64,000 nucleotides of DNA from Candidatus Bathyarchaeota archaeon. Lineage in GTDB: Archaea > Thermoproteota > Bathyarchaeia > Bathyarchaeales > Bathycorpusculaceae. Positions 38,879 through 48,683 of the stretch are shown one piece after another (position 1 is the stretch's first letter; every line of letters begins with the position of its first letter). Under the pieces are notes generated by a model. The model was not told where the DNA came from and did no database searches. It saw only the letters and a list, made by a program, of their open reading frames with translations. Position numbers and translations under genes: made by a program. The DNA lies in NCBI GenBank assembly GCA_963832745.1, contig CAWHVC010000001.1, positions 384,001 through 448,000 of the forward strand. The letters are read 5' to 3'.

Positions 38879-39553
38879 GTGAAGTTGATTCGCATTGTAA
38901 CTGCAATTACGTTAAGTGTATTGCTTTTATCCATGATTTTATCAGTAAGTTTAGTTTCTGCTTTGGAGCAGAATGAAGCATCGGTTACCACATTTATGTC
39001 AGAGGTCCCAAAAGCGCCAGGGCAGGCAACATCAATTAGAATTCTATTTAACAGCAACACTAACAAAGACTTGGACATTTACTATGTTGGAATACATGTT
39101 GACTGGATGGATACTGACCAACTTTTCGGAATCGATTATTCAAGTTATCCAGAAACAGTTGCAGGTATGGAAAATTATAGAGTAGACATTATCAATTTCA
39201 CGGTTCCAACTTCCGCTTCAATTGGACCACACACTTACTATATTGGTGTCGACGGGTACGATGAAGATGGAAACGCGTTCTCGTGGAAATCCAACGATTT
39301 AACACTAATGGTGGGCAATCCAGAAAGTTCAATTCAACCAACTTCAACTCCAACTGCAAATCAAAACCAGCCTATGGATCTAACCTTTGTACTCTATGGG
39401 GTCCTTGTAGCTGTTGCTGTTGCAATTGTAGCCTTAGCTATTATTGTAATGAAAAAACGAGGCACTAACAGTGCAGCCAAATCCAATGCTAACCAACCAG
39501 AGTCACCTAAACCAGAACAGAAACCTGATGATGGACAAGATTTCAGCATATAA
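38879..39553 (+). CDS. type I membrane surface protein
   Basis: Signal peptide, Ig-like beta domain, P/T linker, C-terminal TM segment and KKR. Confidence 0.85.
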   Translation: MKLIRIVTAITLSVLLLSMILSVSLVSALEQNEASVTTFMSEVPKAPGQATSIRILFNSNTNKDLDIYYVGIHVDWMDTDQLFGIDYSSYPETVAGMENYRVDIINFTVPTSASIGPHTYYIGVDGYDEDGNAFSWKSNDLTLMVGNPESSIQPTSTPTANQNQPMDLTFVLYGVLVAVAVAIVALAIIVMKKRGTNSAAKSNANQPESPKPEQKPDDGQDFSI

Positions 39554-39642
39554 TTGTTTAGATTCCAAAAAAACCTCTTTTTTAATTTGCTACCGTTTTT
39601 TGTGTTTTTGGCAAAGAGTTAAATTAAACGCGAATTAAGATT

Positions 39643-40368
39643 TTGCTACGGGATTGGATGTTAGGCAGTTGTGAGGTTCTTACGCCGTTGGGTGGGGCAG
39701 GCGTTCCCACAGTCTGGATGGAAAAAAACAAGAAGTTTCTGGGCAGCTACAAGTGGCATACTTCAACCGTTAAGGGAGTTGGCAACGCACGAAATGAACT
39801 GCTCAAGATGGCTGAAGCGCCGCTGGTTTTGTGGCTGGATTCCGATATTGAATTAGATTTTGATCCCGTCCCAGTTTTGCTTGATTTGATGCAGAAATTC
39901 AATGTTTCAGGCATCTGCGCAGGTCAATTGACAGTGGGCAACAAATGGTTCCTTCAAGTTGCGGCTGAAATGGACAAATTGGAGATTGAACGTCATGGCG
40001 GCGTCAAAATCGTTGAAGCCAGAGCCTTCCAATGCGCATTATACAAGCGGGAAGACCTGCTTAAAGTGGGCGGTTTCGACCCAGCGTTTGATGTGGCAGG
40101 CGAAGATAACGACGTAATCCGCCGTATGATAGCGGACGGCATGCTTGTTTTGCATTGCAATAAACTTATCGTTAAGCATCATGTTAACGAGGAGACTTAC
40201 TGGCGAAAATTCAAAGGCTACCATAAAGGCTTCAGTCAATTGGCAGCTACAATGAAGGATGAGTACCAGCCAGAAGCGCAGGGTTCAGCATTGGATTTTA
40301 GCATGATCCGACGCATGCCTCTAAAGTATCCACTCTACAAGTTAAAAGAAAAACTCTCACTCATGTGA
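39643..40368 (+). CDS. glycosyltransferase family 2
   Basis: GNARNELL, WLDSD (DxD), VGGFD...GEDND. Confidence 0.85.
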   Translation: MLRDWMLGSCEVLTPLGGAGVPTVWMEKNKKFLGSYKWHTSTVKGVGNARNELLKMAEAPLVLWLDSDIELDFDPVPVLLDLMQKFNVSGICAGQLTVGNKWFLQVAAEMDKLEIERHGGVKIVEARAFQCALYKREDLLKVGGFDPAFDVAGEDNDVIRRMIADGMLVLHCNKLIVKHHVNEETYWRKFKGYHKGFSQLAATMKDEYQPEAQGSALDFSMIRRMPLKYPLYKLKEKLSLM

Positions 40369-40377
40369 AGGTGAAAA

Positions 40378-41504
40378 ATGGTGATTACGCCCAAAATCTT
40401 GACTTTTTTCGTCACAAACCGCTGCAACGCACGGTGCAGTCACTGTTTTAACTGGAAAACCCAACCCACAGCTGAGTTGTCTCTTGAAGAAATAAAAAAA
40501 ATTGACTTCAGTGTTTTTGAGTCTATTTCAGTTACAGGCGGAGAACCGACCCTAAGAGAGGACCTTGCGGAAGTCTGCAGTCATGTTGCAAGAAACAAGA
40601 TTTACATAAACACGAACGGGCTGCTGCCTAGACGCATTCAGGAAGTTATAACTCGGGTTGGAGTTGGCATGGTTGACGTTACGGTTTCTTTGGATGGGAC
40701 ACGAGATGTGCATGACCAGATTCGTGGCGTAAACTGTTTTGATTCAGCCATCGAAACTATAAAGCAGTGCAAAAAAGCAGGTACAGAAGTAACTATTCTC
40801 ACAACCATTTCACGGTACAACATGTGCAACATTACGGCTTTGATGGATTACCTAAAGGCTGAAGGGCTATTCTGCAAGAAGGGTGACGTGGTTTTCAATA
40901 TTGCCCGCGGTTTAGAACACGCTTTCAATGTTGACACTGCAGTCGGGTTTTATCATAACCCAAGAGATGACAAGGCTGTGCTGACCCTTGAGGAACTTAA
41001 AACTGTCTACGCCTGCATTAAGCCGTACATGGCGAATCAGAACAGGGTTGTTTGGGACTACTCCATCAAAATGTTATCTCAACACAAGAAGCTGGTTGCA
41101 TGTTTTGCGGGCAATCTAGAAATGGTGCTGCATGCTAACGGCGACGTAGCCGCCTGCGAATACACGCGTCCTTTTGCGAATGTTAGAAATTATGGTTTTG
41201 ACCTTGTTAAACTGTGGAACAGCCCAGCCGCAGAGGCTCAAGAACCAAGTTGTGCCAATGTTACTGCATTCACCCGTGCAATTTGAACACGGCCATCCCA
41301 CACACATTAACAGGCATCCTTAAACTCGCGCCTGACATTGCAAAAAACAAGACAAAACAGATTAAAGGAAAAGTTTTAACGTCCACAAAGTGGTTGCTTC
41401 GACAGACTTTTTTTTCAGGGACGCTTTATTTGCTGTTTTTGGTTGGGTACCGTAGCATATTTATTGGGCAGGGTTTCTTGTATCGGTTCTATGTCTACTT
41501 ATAA
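40378..41504 (+). CDS. radical SAM/SPASM protein (apparent frameshift near 41238)
   Basis: CNARCSHC, TGGEP, CFAG...GDVAACE; the C-terminal CQCYCIHPCN lies in the 41214-41504 frame. Confidence 0.85.
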
Positions 41505-42102
41505 GGAACTGAAAAAGCCTCTCCTCACCAAAAAAGACGAGGAATACGAGATGCTAATAGAGGTTGCAGAAGAATACATCAGGCAGAAGACTGATAAGAC
41601 TCTGCAGAAAAGCGGAACAGCCGTCGAAGTCGTCATCCGAGCGCACCTTGTATGCCGAGGCTTTAATGTTAGTTTAAACCCGAACCTTAAACTTGAAGGT
41701 TCAGAACTTAAAAATAGCTTATTTTTGCTTGAACCAATTTCTAACCCCAGCCAAAAAGAGTATGCTCCAAACGAAATTAAAATGGTCATACAAATTATTA
41801 ACAATGCAGATGCTGACTCGCTAATCAAAATTAAAAGTCAGTTTGATGAACTCAAAAAGATTGGCAAGTACCTGCAGTTTGCAGTGGTGGTTCTTTCAGA
41901 AAAAGTCGGTTACACCCATGAACTCACTACCGAGAAACTCGGTGACAAAGCCTACCGCGCTTTCACGCTGGTATCCCGCAAAGCCCACCCCAAAACCGGC
42001 GGATTATACAACGAAACAGCAGTCAATGACATGCTTAAAAAGAAGGAACTAAAGAAAACCGGAGACTGGGACAGCTTCATTTCCGCAATAAAATCAGCCT
42101 AA
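41491..42102 (+). CDS. hypothetical protein, possibly a degenerate PD-(D/E)XK fold
   Basis: ATG 41491 preferred; SGTAVEVVIR..L..RGF pattern. Confidence 0.7.
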   Translation: MSTYKELKKPLLTKKDEEYEMLIEVAEEYIRQKTDKTLQKSGTAVEVVIRAHLVCRGFNVSLNPNLKLEGSELKNSLFLLEPISNPSQKEYAPNEIKMVIQIINNADADSLIKIKSQFDELKKIGKYLQFAVVVLSEKVGYTHELTTEKLGDKAYRAFTLVSRKAHPKTGGLYNETAVNDMLKKKELKKTGDWDSFISAIKSA

Positions 42103-42120
42103 ATCAAAATCCAAACATTT

Positions 42121-43347
42121 TTACTTTTTGTTATTCTCTTCAAGCCAGTTTCTTGAACTCGCCAAAGTTTTACCTGCAAACTTGAATTCCAGTGCTCCTT
42201 CATAGGGGCACAGTTCGACGCATCGGGCGCAGAGCATGCACTTGGATTCGGTAACGTCGCCGCCTTTCTTTTCGTACATAGCGGTTGCTTGGGTTGGGCA
42301 GACGCGTTTGCAGACGCCGCATTTGGTGCATTTATGCTCGTCTTTCTCAAGTTTGGTTAGGGCTATTTGTTTGAACGGCGTAAACGTACTAAAAAGTCCA
42401 GTAAGCGCTCCTAGTGGGCAAATGCGGCACCAAAACCTACGGTAAGCCAACGAGAGAATTATCACTATTGCCAAAATGGTTAGGTTGATGCTGGAGATGT
42501 AGCCGCCGATTATCCAAAATGGCCCATACGTGATTTGAGAAATATACGAGTAATTCATTGATCCGATACCTGCTTCAATCAGAGAACACAATGGACGCAT
42601 TGGACAAACGAGGCAAAACGGTTCGTTAATGCTGCTTACGATACCTGCTTCGGTTCCGCCTGGACCACCAGTTACCGTTCCCGGAATAAGTTCAGTGCCA
42701 AAAATGTAGTAGGAACCGAAGATGACGCTTAGAATCAGAAAAACGGCGATAATAATGTAACGGGATTGACTGAGTCTTTTGCTAGTAGACTCCGAAAAGG
42801 TAAGATGTCGACGCTTGGAAGCCTTACGTATCCTCGTGAGCACGTCCTGAAATAGGCCGAAGGGGCATATCCAACCGCAGAAGGCCCTACCGAAAACTAG
42901 AGCTGCCACAGCCAAGGAGCCAATGACTACGCCGATTTTTTCCAGCCCCGTGGTAGAGTATACTACTTCGTATCCTCGAGGGTAGTTCCAAAATGGAAAA
43001 ATGTAAGCTTGCAGTTGCCAAATTGGGCAGGTGAGGGTTCTGCCGTTTGGGTAATAGCATGCAAGGACCGGAAAGGATATCCCGTCAGGCATTTGGTTGC
43101 CCAAAATGTCAGCGCCTAGCAAACGGTCGCGGGGTGAAATGCCAAGCGGCGCCCAAAGAGGCTGGTCAAATGGGCCTAAAATTAGCCCCATAAAAATGGC
43201 GATTACCGCGAGAACTTGGACGTATAAGCGTAGGTTGCTGATTTTTCTTGTTTTATCTTTTGAGAGTTTGAGAATTAATGCGATGCCTGCGATTGCAGCT
43301 AAAAGGTAGATGGGCAGCACAATTGTTGCAGGTAATTCCCATACCAT
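42121..43347 (-). CDS. membrane 4Fe-4S protein (NapH/MauN-like polyferredoxin)
   Basis: GRAFCGWICPFG, RRFWCRICPLG, two C-terminal CxxCxxCxxxCP motifs. Confidence 0.9.
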   Translation of the reverse strand: MVWELPATIVLPIYLLAAIAGIALILKLSKDKTRKISNLRLYVQVLAVIAIFMGLILGPFDQPLWAPLGISPRDRLLGADILGNQMPDGISFPVLACYYPNGRTLTCPIWQLQAYIFPFWNYPRGYEVVYSTTGLEKIGVVIGSLAVAALVFGRAFCGWICPFGLFQDVLTRIRKASKRRHLTFSESTSKRLSQSRYIIIAVFLILSVIFGSYYIFGTELIPGTVTGGPGGTEAGIVSSINEPFCLVCPMRPLCSLIEAGIGSMNYSYISQITYGPFWIIGGYISSINLTILAIVIILSLAYRRFWCRICPLGALTGLFSTFTPFKQIALTKLEKDEHKCTKCGVCKRVCPTQATAMYEKKGGDVTESKCMLCARCVELCPYEGALEFKFAGKTLASSRNWLEENNKK

Positions 43348-44015
43348 TATGGTTTCCCCGCTTTAGTTTTCAGTTTAATCACAGTTGCAACTGTTACCGT
43401 GACGGCGACTGCAATGGCAGTTAGAATGATTACGGAGTGCTGCATGTAAAATGGTTGGTTATCCACGGGGTAACCGTAGCTATAACGTGCAACCGTCAAA
43501 TTGCCCGAAATGCCGTAAATAACCATTGTATCGTCAGGCAGCAGACGCCAGTTTTTTCCTTCAGCCAAAAACACGTTGTCCTGCGTAATTACAGTCCATT
43601 CGCTTGGGTCAGACGGCTGTGAAGCATTGAAACCAAGATTAACAGCTTGCTCACCTGTACCTTCAACATAATAATTTAGGTAACCTAACCTGCGCGAGTT
43701 AAAATTCATTGAAAAATAGGAAAAAATAGTTACGTTACAATTTTTGGCTGAAAACTTGAGGTTCCCAAGCGGGAATGAATTGTTAAGTGTTAAGCCGTTA
43801 AATGTCCAAACGCCGTTTTCTAAACTGGCTTCTTTGTAGGTACCGTTGACTGCGAACCTGATCGTGCCGTTGTAAGCTGGACTTTTGAAAGTGTCTTGAG
43901 ATGTGAAACTGGTGATGTTTTCAGCTTGAACATTCTGAAAGAGACTCGGAAAAGATAATGTTATCAATAAAGCGGCTATTGCTAACGTATAAAGTCTTTT
44001 GCTGCCGGTTGTCAA
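43347..44015 (-). CDS. type I membrane surface protein
   Basis: Signal peptide, N-glycosylation sequons, C-terminal TM segment; stop overlaps the next ATG. Confidence 0.8.
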   Translation of the reverse strand: MTTGSKRLYTLAIAALLITLSFPSLFQNVQAENITSFTSQDTFKSPAYNGTIRFAVNGTYKEASLENGVWTFNGLTLNNSFPLGNLKFSAKNCNVTIFSYFSMNFNSRRLGYLNYYVEGTGEQAVNLGFNASQPSDPSEWTVITQDNVFLAEGKNWRLLPDDTMVIYGISGNLTVARYSYGYPVDNQPFYMQHSVIILTAIAVAVTVTVATVIKLKTKAGKP

Positions 44016-44129
44016 AGCACCACGTTAACAGAATATTGCCTATAATGTAGCTATAAGGCTTTTCAAAAATAGGTTTTGACAAAAAAGTTATTTGGAACAC
44101 TTAGGCTGTTCCTTTTTGTTGGTGGGCAC

Positions 44130-44276
44130 TCAGTTTAGACTTGCACTGTCAACCAGATGAGCTGTTCCATCTGGACAATAAACCTTCCCGCCCACGTTTA
44201 CTCGGCGGTAACGCTTAATGCATGGCTTTTGCATTCCGCAACCGTCACAATCTCGCGAAATCACTTCTATTTTCAC
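44130..44276 (-). CDS. 48-aa Cys/His zinc-binding microprotein
   Basis: GAGAGG then GTG; MKIEVISRDCDGCGMQKPCIKRYRRVNVGGKVYCPDGTAHLVDSASLN; CTTATAAG upstream. Confidence 0.6.
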   Translation of the reverse strand: MKIEVISRDCDGCGMQKPCIKRYRRVNVGGKVYCPDGTAHLVDSASLN

Positions 44277-44457
44277 CCCTCTCTTTGCGGAAGTTAATAA
44301 TATAATGGTTTTTTGAACTTATAAGGCAATTTACGGGCAGGTACTTGCCATTTTTAAAATTTAAGGCTAAATTGTAACTCAAAAAACAGAATGAACAGTG
44401 TTTAAGGTTAATTGGTTAATCGCTTGGCTGAAAACAAAAAAGAAAATAAAATGAGGT

Positions 44458-45252
44458 TTAGAATGTTGGAGTTTTAACGAGTTTTTTCTTGTAGGCTATT
44501 GCTGCAAACGCTGCGGCTATTAAAAGCAATGGAACTGCAGTTAGCATCGGGAATTCTGGAATCACCCAATCTTGAACGTTTAAGGCAGAGTCGATTTTCC
44601 ATGTGATTTGAGATACACTTTGAGGATCATTTATTTCTGTCCGGTCAACTTGCTCTACAAGAATGCCTGTTGCTTTGTCAAAGTATAAGTCTCTTGTAGC
44701 AGTGTAACCAGCTGTTTCATTGTTGTCAACGATTCGCACATGGTTTGTTTGTCTGGAACCGCTTTCATAGTTTCTTGTTGATGAGTCAAGTATGGTTAAG
44801 CCATCTGCACCATTAGGATGAATTGTATCGCCAACGTTAAGATTAGCGCCTATAATGGCTACAAAACCTTGACCTTCACCTGTAAAGAGGTTAACGTAGC
44901 CTCTATCCAAATAGGCAGATCCATTGTAGAAGTAGTAAGGTGCGGTTGTGAGAACGGTTGTTTCGTTTACTTCGCCGATTCTGACTTCAACGTGAGATGT
45001 TTGATTTACTTCATTTAAATCCTGTGGTATCGAAGCATATGAATCCGATGATGTCCAGTAACTGGAAACATGGTAATCAAAAACCATACCTGGACTAACT
45101 CCAGGGGTAATTGTTTGAGCTTGAACTGTTCCAACGAACGCTAAAGACGCAATGAATAATATTAAGCCTACTGCAAGCAGTCTGTTATTCAATTTAACAC
45201 CTGACACTAATCGATTGGTTCTACTTTTAAATTTATTCCCAAAACTAACCAT
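44458..45252 (-). CDS. surface protein with PEF-CTERM
   Basis: Signal peptide; WVIPEFP, TM segment and KKK; the true start may be TTG near 45192. Confidence 0.85.
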   Translation of the reverse strand: MVSFGNKFKSRTNRLVSGVKLNNRLLAVGLILFIASLAFVGTVQAQTITPGVSPGMVFDYHVSSYWTSSDSYASIPQDLNEVNQTSHVEVRIGEVNETTVLTTAPYYFYNGSAYLDRGYVNLFTGEGQGFVAIIGANLNVGDTIHPNGADGLTILDSSTRNYESGSRQTNHVRIVDNNETAGYTATRDLYFDKATGILVEQVDRTEINDPQSVSQITWKIDSALNVQDWVIPEFPMLTAVPLLLIAAAFAAIAYKKKLVKTPTF

Positions 45253-45286
45253 TCAAACGGTTTTTTTACGTTTTATCACTAAAAAA

Positions 45287-46150
45287 TCAGGCCTCTAAGT
45301 GGATTTCATAGTCAAAACCGTCCTTGGAAGACGGCAGCGAGTAACTTAAGCCAGCCCAAGAAAAACGGTTCCGGGTTTTCTCCCAACCCCTAAAAAGCTT
45401 AGCGTAAGCCTTAGGCTCTAAAGAAAACGCTAATTCACCATCATTATTTGTTAAAGACGCTTTTTTTGCGGAAACTAAATCCCAAGCGCCTATCTTGCCG
45501 CCGGCAAGCTGTAAACCATCCGTATCTCTGTAATAACCAAAACTGTTGGCGCCCTGCTCGTTAAGGACTAAAAGTTCGGTGCATCCATTAAGGATAAGCC
45601 CAGAAAAATCTGCCGAAACTCTAACAACCCCGCAGTTCAAAGCATACTTCATTTTAACGATGCCGCGGGATTTAACTTGCCTAAACACAGTTTTAATTTT
45701 CAGGATTTCCCTTAATTCCATGATTTTGTTATTTAATGGTTGAAGTGTTTGATGCCCAAGATAGTTTTTTTCAAACAGTTTACGGATTAACTCATAGAAA
45801 TCATCGTTTACGTGTGTATTGCAGAAATGTTTTGTTGAGATTGTGTCAAGCTGGTAATGTTTCTCAAAACTGCCGGGTTCTTTGCCTTGAACTATTTGGG
45901 CGTTGCTGGAAAAGAGCGTTTTATCTTGATATTTTACGACTGGAACGCCAAATCCTATTCCTTCCTCAATTAGTTCTTTACCATTGTAAACCAGTACGAG
46001 TCCTTTTTGAAGCATTGCTGTTTCAAGACAGTTGGGTTTGTTATCACGGTAAAGTCTCACCGATAAAACGTCACTCAACCGGAAAGTAAAGCAGTTTAAC
46101 GTTGAAGTCTCTAAACCGTAAGCTTTTGTTTCAACCAACAAAAACACCAC
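45287..46150 (-). CDS. conserved-looking hypothetical protein
   Basis: 287-aa ORF overlapping the GT-C gene; EEGIGFGVPV, NEQGA, WAGL. Confidence 0.75.
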   Translation of the reverse strand: MVFLLVETKAYGLETSTLNCFTFRLSDVLSVRLYRDNKPNCLETAMLQKGLVLVYNGKELIEEGIGFGVPVVKYQDKTLFSSNAQIVQGKEPGSFEKHYQLDTISTKHFCNTHVNDDFYELIRKLFEKNYLGHQTLQPLNNKIMELREILKIKTVFRQVKSRGIVKMKYALNCGVVRVSADFSGLILNGCTELLVLNEQGANSFGYYRDTDGLQLAGGKIGAWDLVSAKKASLTNNDGELAFSLEPKAYAKLFRGWEKTRNRFSWAGLSYSLPSSKDGFDYEIHLEA

Positions 46151-47327
46151 TTAAAAAATTAATCCACAAATAGACGCCCCACACAAAAAACACTGCCAAA
46201 ACACCACATAATAAAATAACAGACATTCTATTAACCACAAACTTGGACATCAAAGCAATCCATAATGGAAACAGAATAGACATGAAACGAGGCAAAGAAA
46301 CCATGGCTCCAAACGTTAAAACACCTAAAAAATATACGGAAGCATAAGCCATCAAAGACTTGGATGTATTACTTAATTCTGCAATAAGAAACGGCGGAAC
46401 AAGTATTGATGCCCAAGCAGCCACCGGCAGAAACAGGTGTTCGGTAGGTAAACTTAAAAAGGCTTGTAAACCGTTTTGAGGCAAAAAGGCGACCAGCAAC
46501 TCTCTAAAAGAGTACATGTTACTCCATTCTGTGGTGTGGATTAAAGCGAGCCAATCATTCGCAGTTAATTGGCCATACCCAAGCCAAGCAAGAAAAGCAA
46601 ACGCAGGTATAATACAAAAAAGGAAATCGCGTTTTTTGTGAGGATTCTTGCCAATCAACGTTTCTATTGCCATCGGAACAATAATAACGATTCCTACTGC
46701 ACGAGAAATAACTGCAAATACTGCTGAAACGGAAGCAACTCCCGTTTTGCCTTTCTTGAAAAACAGCCAAGTTAACAAAACAAAAAAAAGCAGAAGGCTT
46801 TCGCTGTAGGCTACAGTGGTGAACAGGAAAACATATGGTGACAAAGCGAAAAGCAGAGTTGAAAGGAACGCTACTTGTTTGCTTAGGTACTGTTCAGCTA
46901 CTAACTGGTAAACAGGAACGCAGAGAACACCAAAGATTAAGCTGCAAGCTGCAAGGGACAATGGCGGATTTTGGAACGCTAAATTCAGTGCTCCACCAAA
47001 TAGGGGAAATCCTGGAAAAAAAGTGTAGCTTTGAGTTGAAAACGTGTATCCTCCGGTTAGAATGCTTAGGTACCATGCGCTGTCCCAGCCAAAATAAAGA
47101 GTTAACCAGTGAGCACCGGGTAAACCGTTTGTTTGAAAAACCTGATTTTGAATACCTGAAGCAACATTGCTGTTAACCCAAAAAGTCCCCAAAGAACCCA
47201 CATTAAGAAAACTGTAAACGATTAAGCTTCCAAAGAGTTTAGCAAGTAGAATAAGCAAAGCTGAAGCTAACAGCCGTAAAGGAACGTTTAGTCTCCAAAC
47301 TCTTAATTGCTTCTCAAAAAAACTCAT
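46131..47327 (-). CDS. GT-C mannosyltransferase (PIG-V-like)
   Basis: WDSAWYLSI..GY..FFPGFP, YSESL, RF..LFP; polytopic membrane protein. Confidence 0.82.
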   Translation of the reverse strand: MSFFEKQLRVWRLNVPLRLLASALLILLAKLFGSLIVYSFLNVGSLGTFWVNSNVASGIQNQVFQTNGLPGAHWLTLYFGWDSAWYLSILTGGYTFSTQSYTFFPGFPLFGGALNLAFQNPPLSLAACSLIFGVLCVPVYQLVAEQYLSKQVAFLSTLLFALSPYVFLFTTVAYSESLLLFFVLLTWLFFKKGKTGVASVSAVFAVISRAVGIVIIVPMAIETLIGKNPHKKRDFLFCIIPAFAFLAWLGYGQLTANDWLALIHTTEWSNMYSFRELLVAFLPQNGLQAFLSLPTEHLFLPVAAWASILVPPFLIAELSNTSKSLMAYASVYFLGVLTFGAMVSLPRFMSILFPLWIALMSKFVVNRMSVILLCGVLAVFFVWGVYLWINFLSGVFVG

Positions 47328-47370
47328 CTAACACTTCAACTTTGAAAATTAAAGAAAAAATATTGGGTTT

Positions 47371-48501
47371 TTAAATTGTGATTTTTTTGCTTAATTTGGC
47401 TTTACCGATGAATGCTGCTACCGCAATAGCGCCTAGAATAGCGGGTAATGCAACTATTGGGAATTCAGGTATCCATGAAGTTCCAGTCCATGCAAGGATT
47501 TTACCTCCGTCACTAACTGCCCACGCGTAGCTGCTTCCATTTGCTGCACCATGCACAACTGCGATACCGTTAATGTTTGCTCCGCCAAGAACGCCTGTTT
47601 GCCCATCCCATTCAGTGCCTGTCCAGTAAAGCACCATTCCACTGGCTCCTGCTGCCCACGCACTATTTGCTGAATCTATACTTAATGAATTCAATGTCGC
47701 ATTAATTCTGTCTGCAACATAGCCCACTGATGTGTTAACTGCTCCTCCAATGTTAATTCTTGCCCAGTTTGACCAAGTGGTGCCCTTCATATTAATTATG
47801 ACGCCAGTATTTGATATGCCACCAACTGCCCAACCTGAAGTTGAGTTAACCATTACTACTGACTTTAGATTACTCATTGTTGGACTTGTCATGTTACTCC
47901 AACTGCTGCCGTCATACATAATGATGGTTCCATTGTCACCTACAGCCCAAGCATTACTTGCATCATGGATCATTGCTACTGAACGCAGAGTGTTTGTTGT
48001 TGGACTTGCTAGTTGTCGCCATTGGTTATTGTTCCAGTAAAGAACTGTACCGTTAGCACCTACCGCCCATGCCGTGGAAGCTGACGAATTAACTGTAACA
48101 CCATATAACGGCTCGTTGACGGGGTTATTTGTGTTCATTACTGACCAGTTGTTGCCATCATACTTTAGAATCACACCGCTACTGGAGTTTCCACCTACAG
48201 CTAAGCCAAAACTGGAATTAATCATAACTATTGAGTACAGGTTTGTCGATGTTGGACTGTTTACAGTCTTCCAGCTACTTCCGTCCCACATAATGATAGT
48301 GCCGCCGTCACCTACTGCCCACGCATTGGAGTTAACCAATGTGGGATTGGACGAGTTAGAAACAATTGAAACAGCATTTAAATTCGAAGTCGTTGGACTA
48401 TTTGCATTCACACTTGTCATGTCTTGAGCATATGCAACCGAAACTAAACATAACAGCGACACAGCGAATATAACTACTGATATCTTGAAGTAAGATTTCA
48501 T
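47371..48501 (-). CDS. beta-propeller repeat surface protein with PEF-CTERM
   Basis: About 7 repeats of AWAVG..G.I..W/YDG..W; WIPEFP, TM segment and basic tail. Confidence 0.88.
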   Translation of the reverse strand: MKSYFKISVVIFAVSLLCLVSVAYAQDMTSVNANSPTTSNLNAVSIVSNSSNPTLVNSNAWAVGDGGTIIMWDGSSWKTVNSPTSTNLYSIVMINSSFGLAVGGNSSSGVILKYDGNNWSVMNTNNPVNEPLYGVTVNSSASTAWAVGANGTVLYWNNNQWRQLASPTTNTLRSVAMIHDASNAWAVGDNGTIIMYDGSSWSNMTSPTMSNLKSVVMVNSTSGWAVGGISNTGVIINMKGTTWSNWARINIGGAVNTSVGYVADRINATLNSLSIDSANSAWAAGASGMVLYWTGTEWDGQTGVLGGANINGIAVVHGAANGSSYAWAVSDGGKILAWTGTSWIPEFPIVALPAILGAIAVAAFIGKAKLSKKITI

Positions 48502-48562
48502 TTAATTTTTTCACCTGCCTAAAAATTCATTATTGTTCACCCACCCCGCTTTTATATAAATT

Positions 48563-48586
48563 TGTGACTACAATGAATTAACTACT
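48563..48586 (-). promoter_or_regulatory. 24-bp palindromic operator copy 4, upstream of 47371-48501
   Basis: TGTGACTA-CAATGAAT-TAACTACT; on the minus strand TAGTCACA, then 4 nt, then TATATA. Confidence 0.55.
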
Positions 48587-48627
48587 GAAAACTGAAAAGC
48601 TCCTTTAAAAAACAATTTTTCCTTTTA

Positions 48628-48651
48628 TGTGACTGTACACAAGCAATTACC
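48628..48651 (+). promoter_or_regulatory. 24-bp palindromic operator copy 5, upstream of the F420 oxidoreductase
   Basis: TGTGACTG-TACACAAG-CAATTACC, then 4 nt, then CTTTTA. Confidence 0.6.
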
Positions 48652-48683
48652 AGTGCTTTTAGGAAAGAAAACACTCCTAACTA

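Noticed and set aside
47500-48330. DNA-level repeats
   Set aside because: Explained by the beta-propeller blade repeats of the encoded protein.
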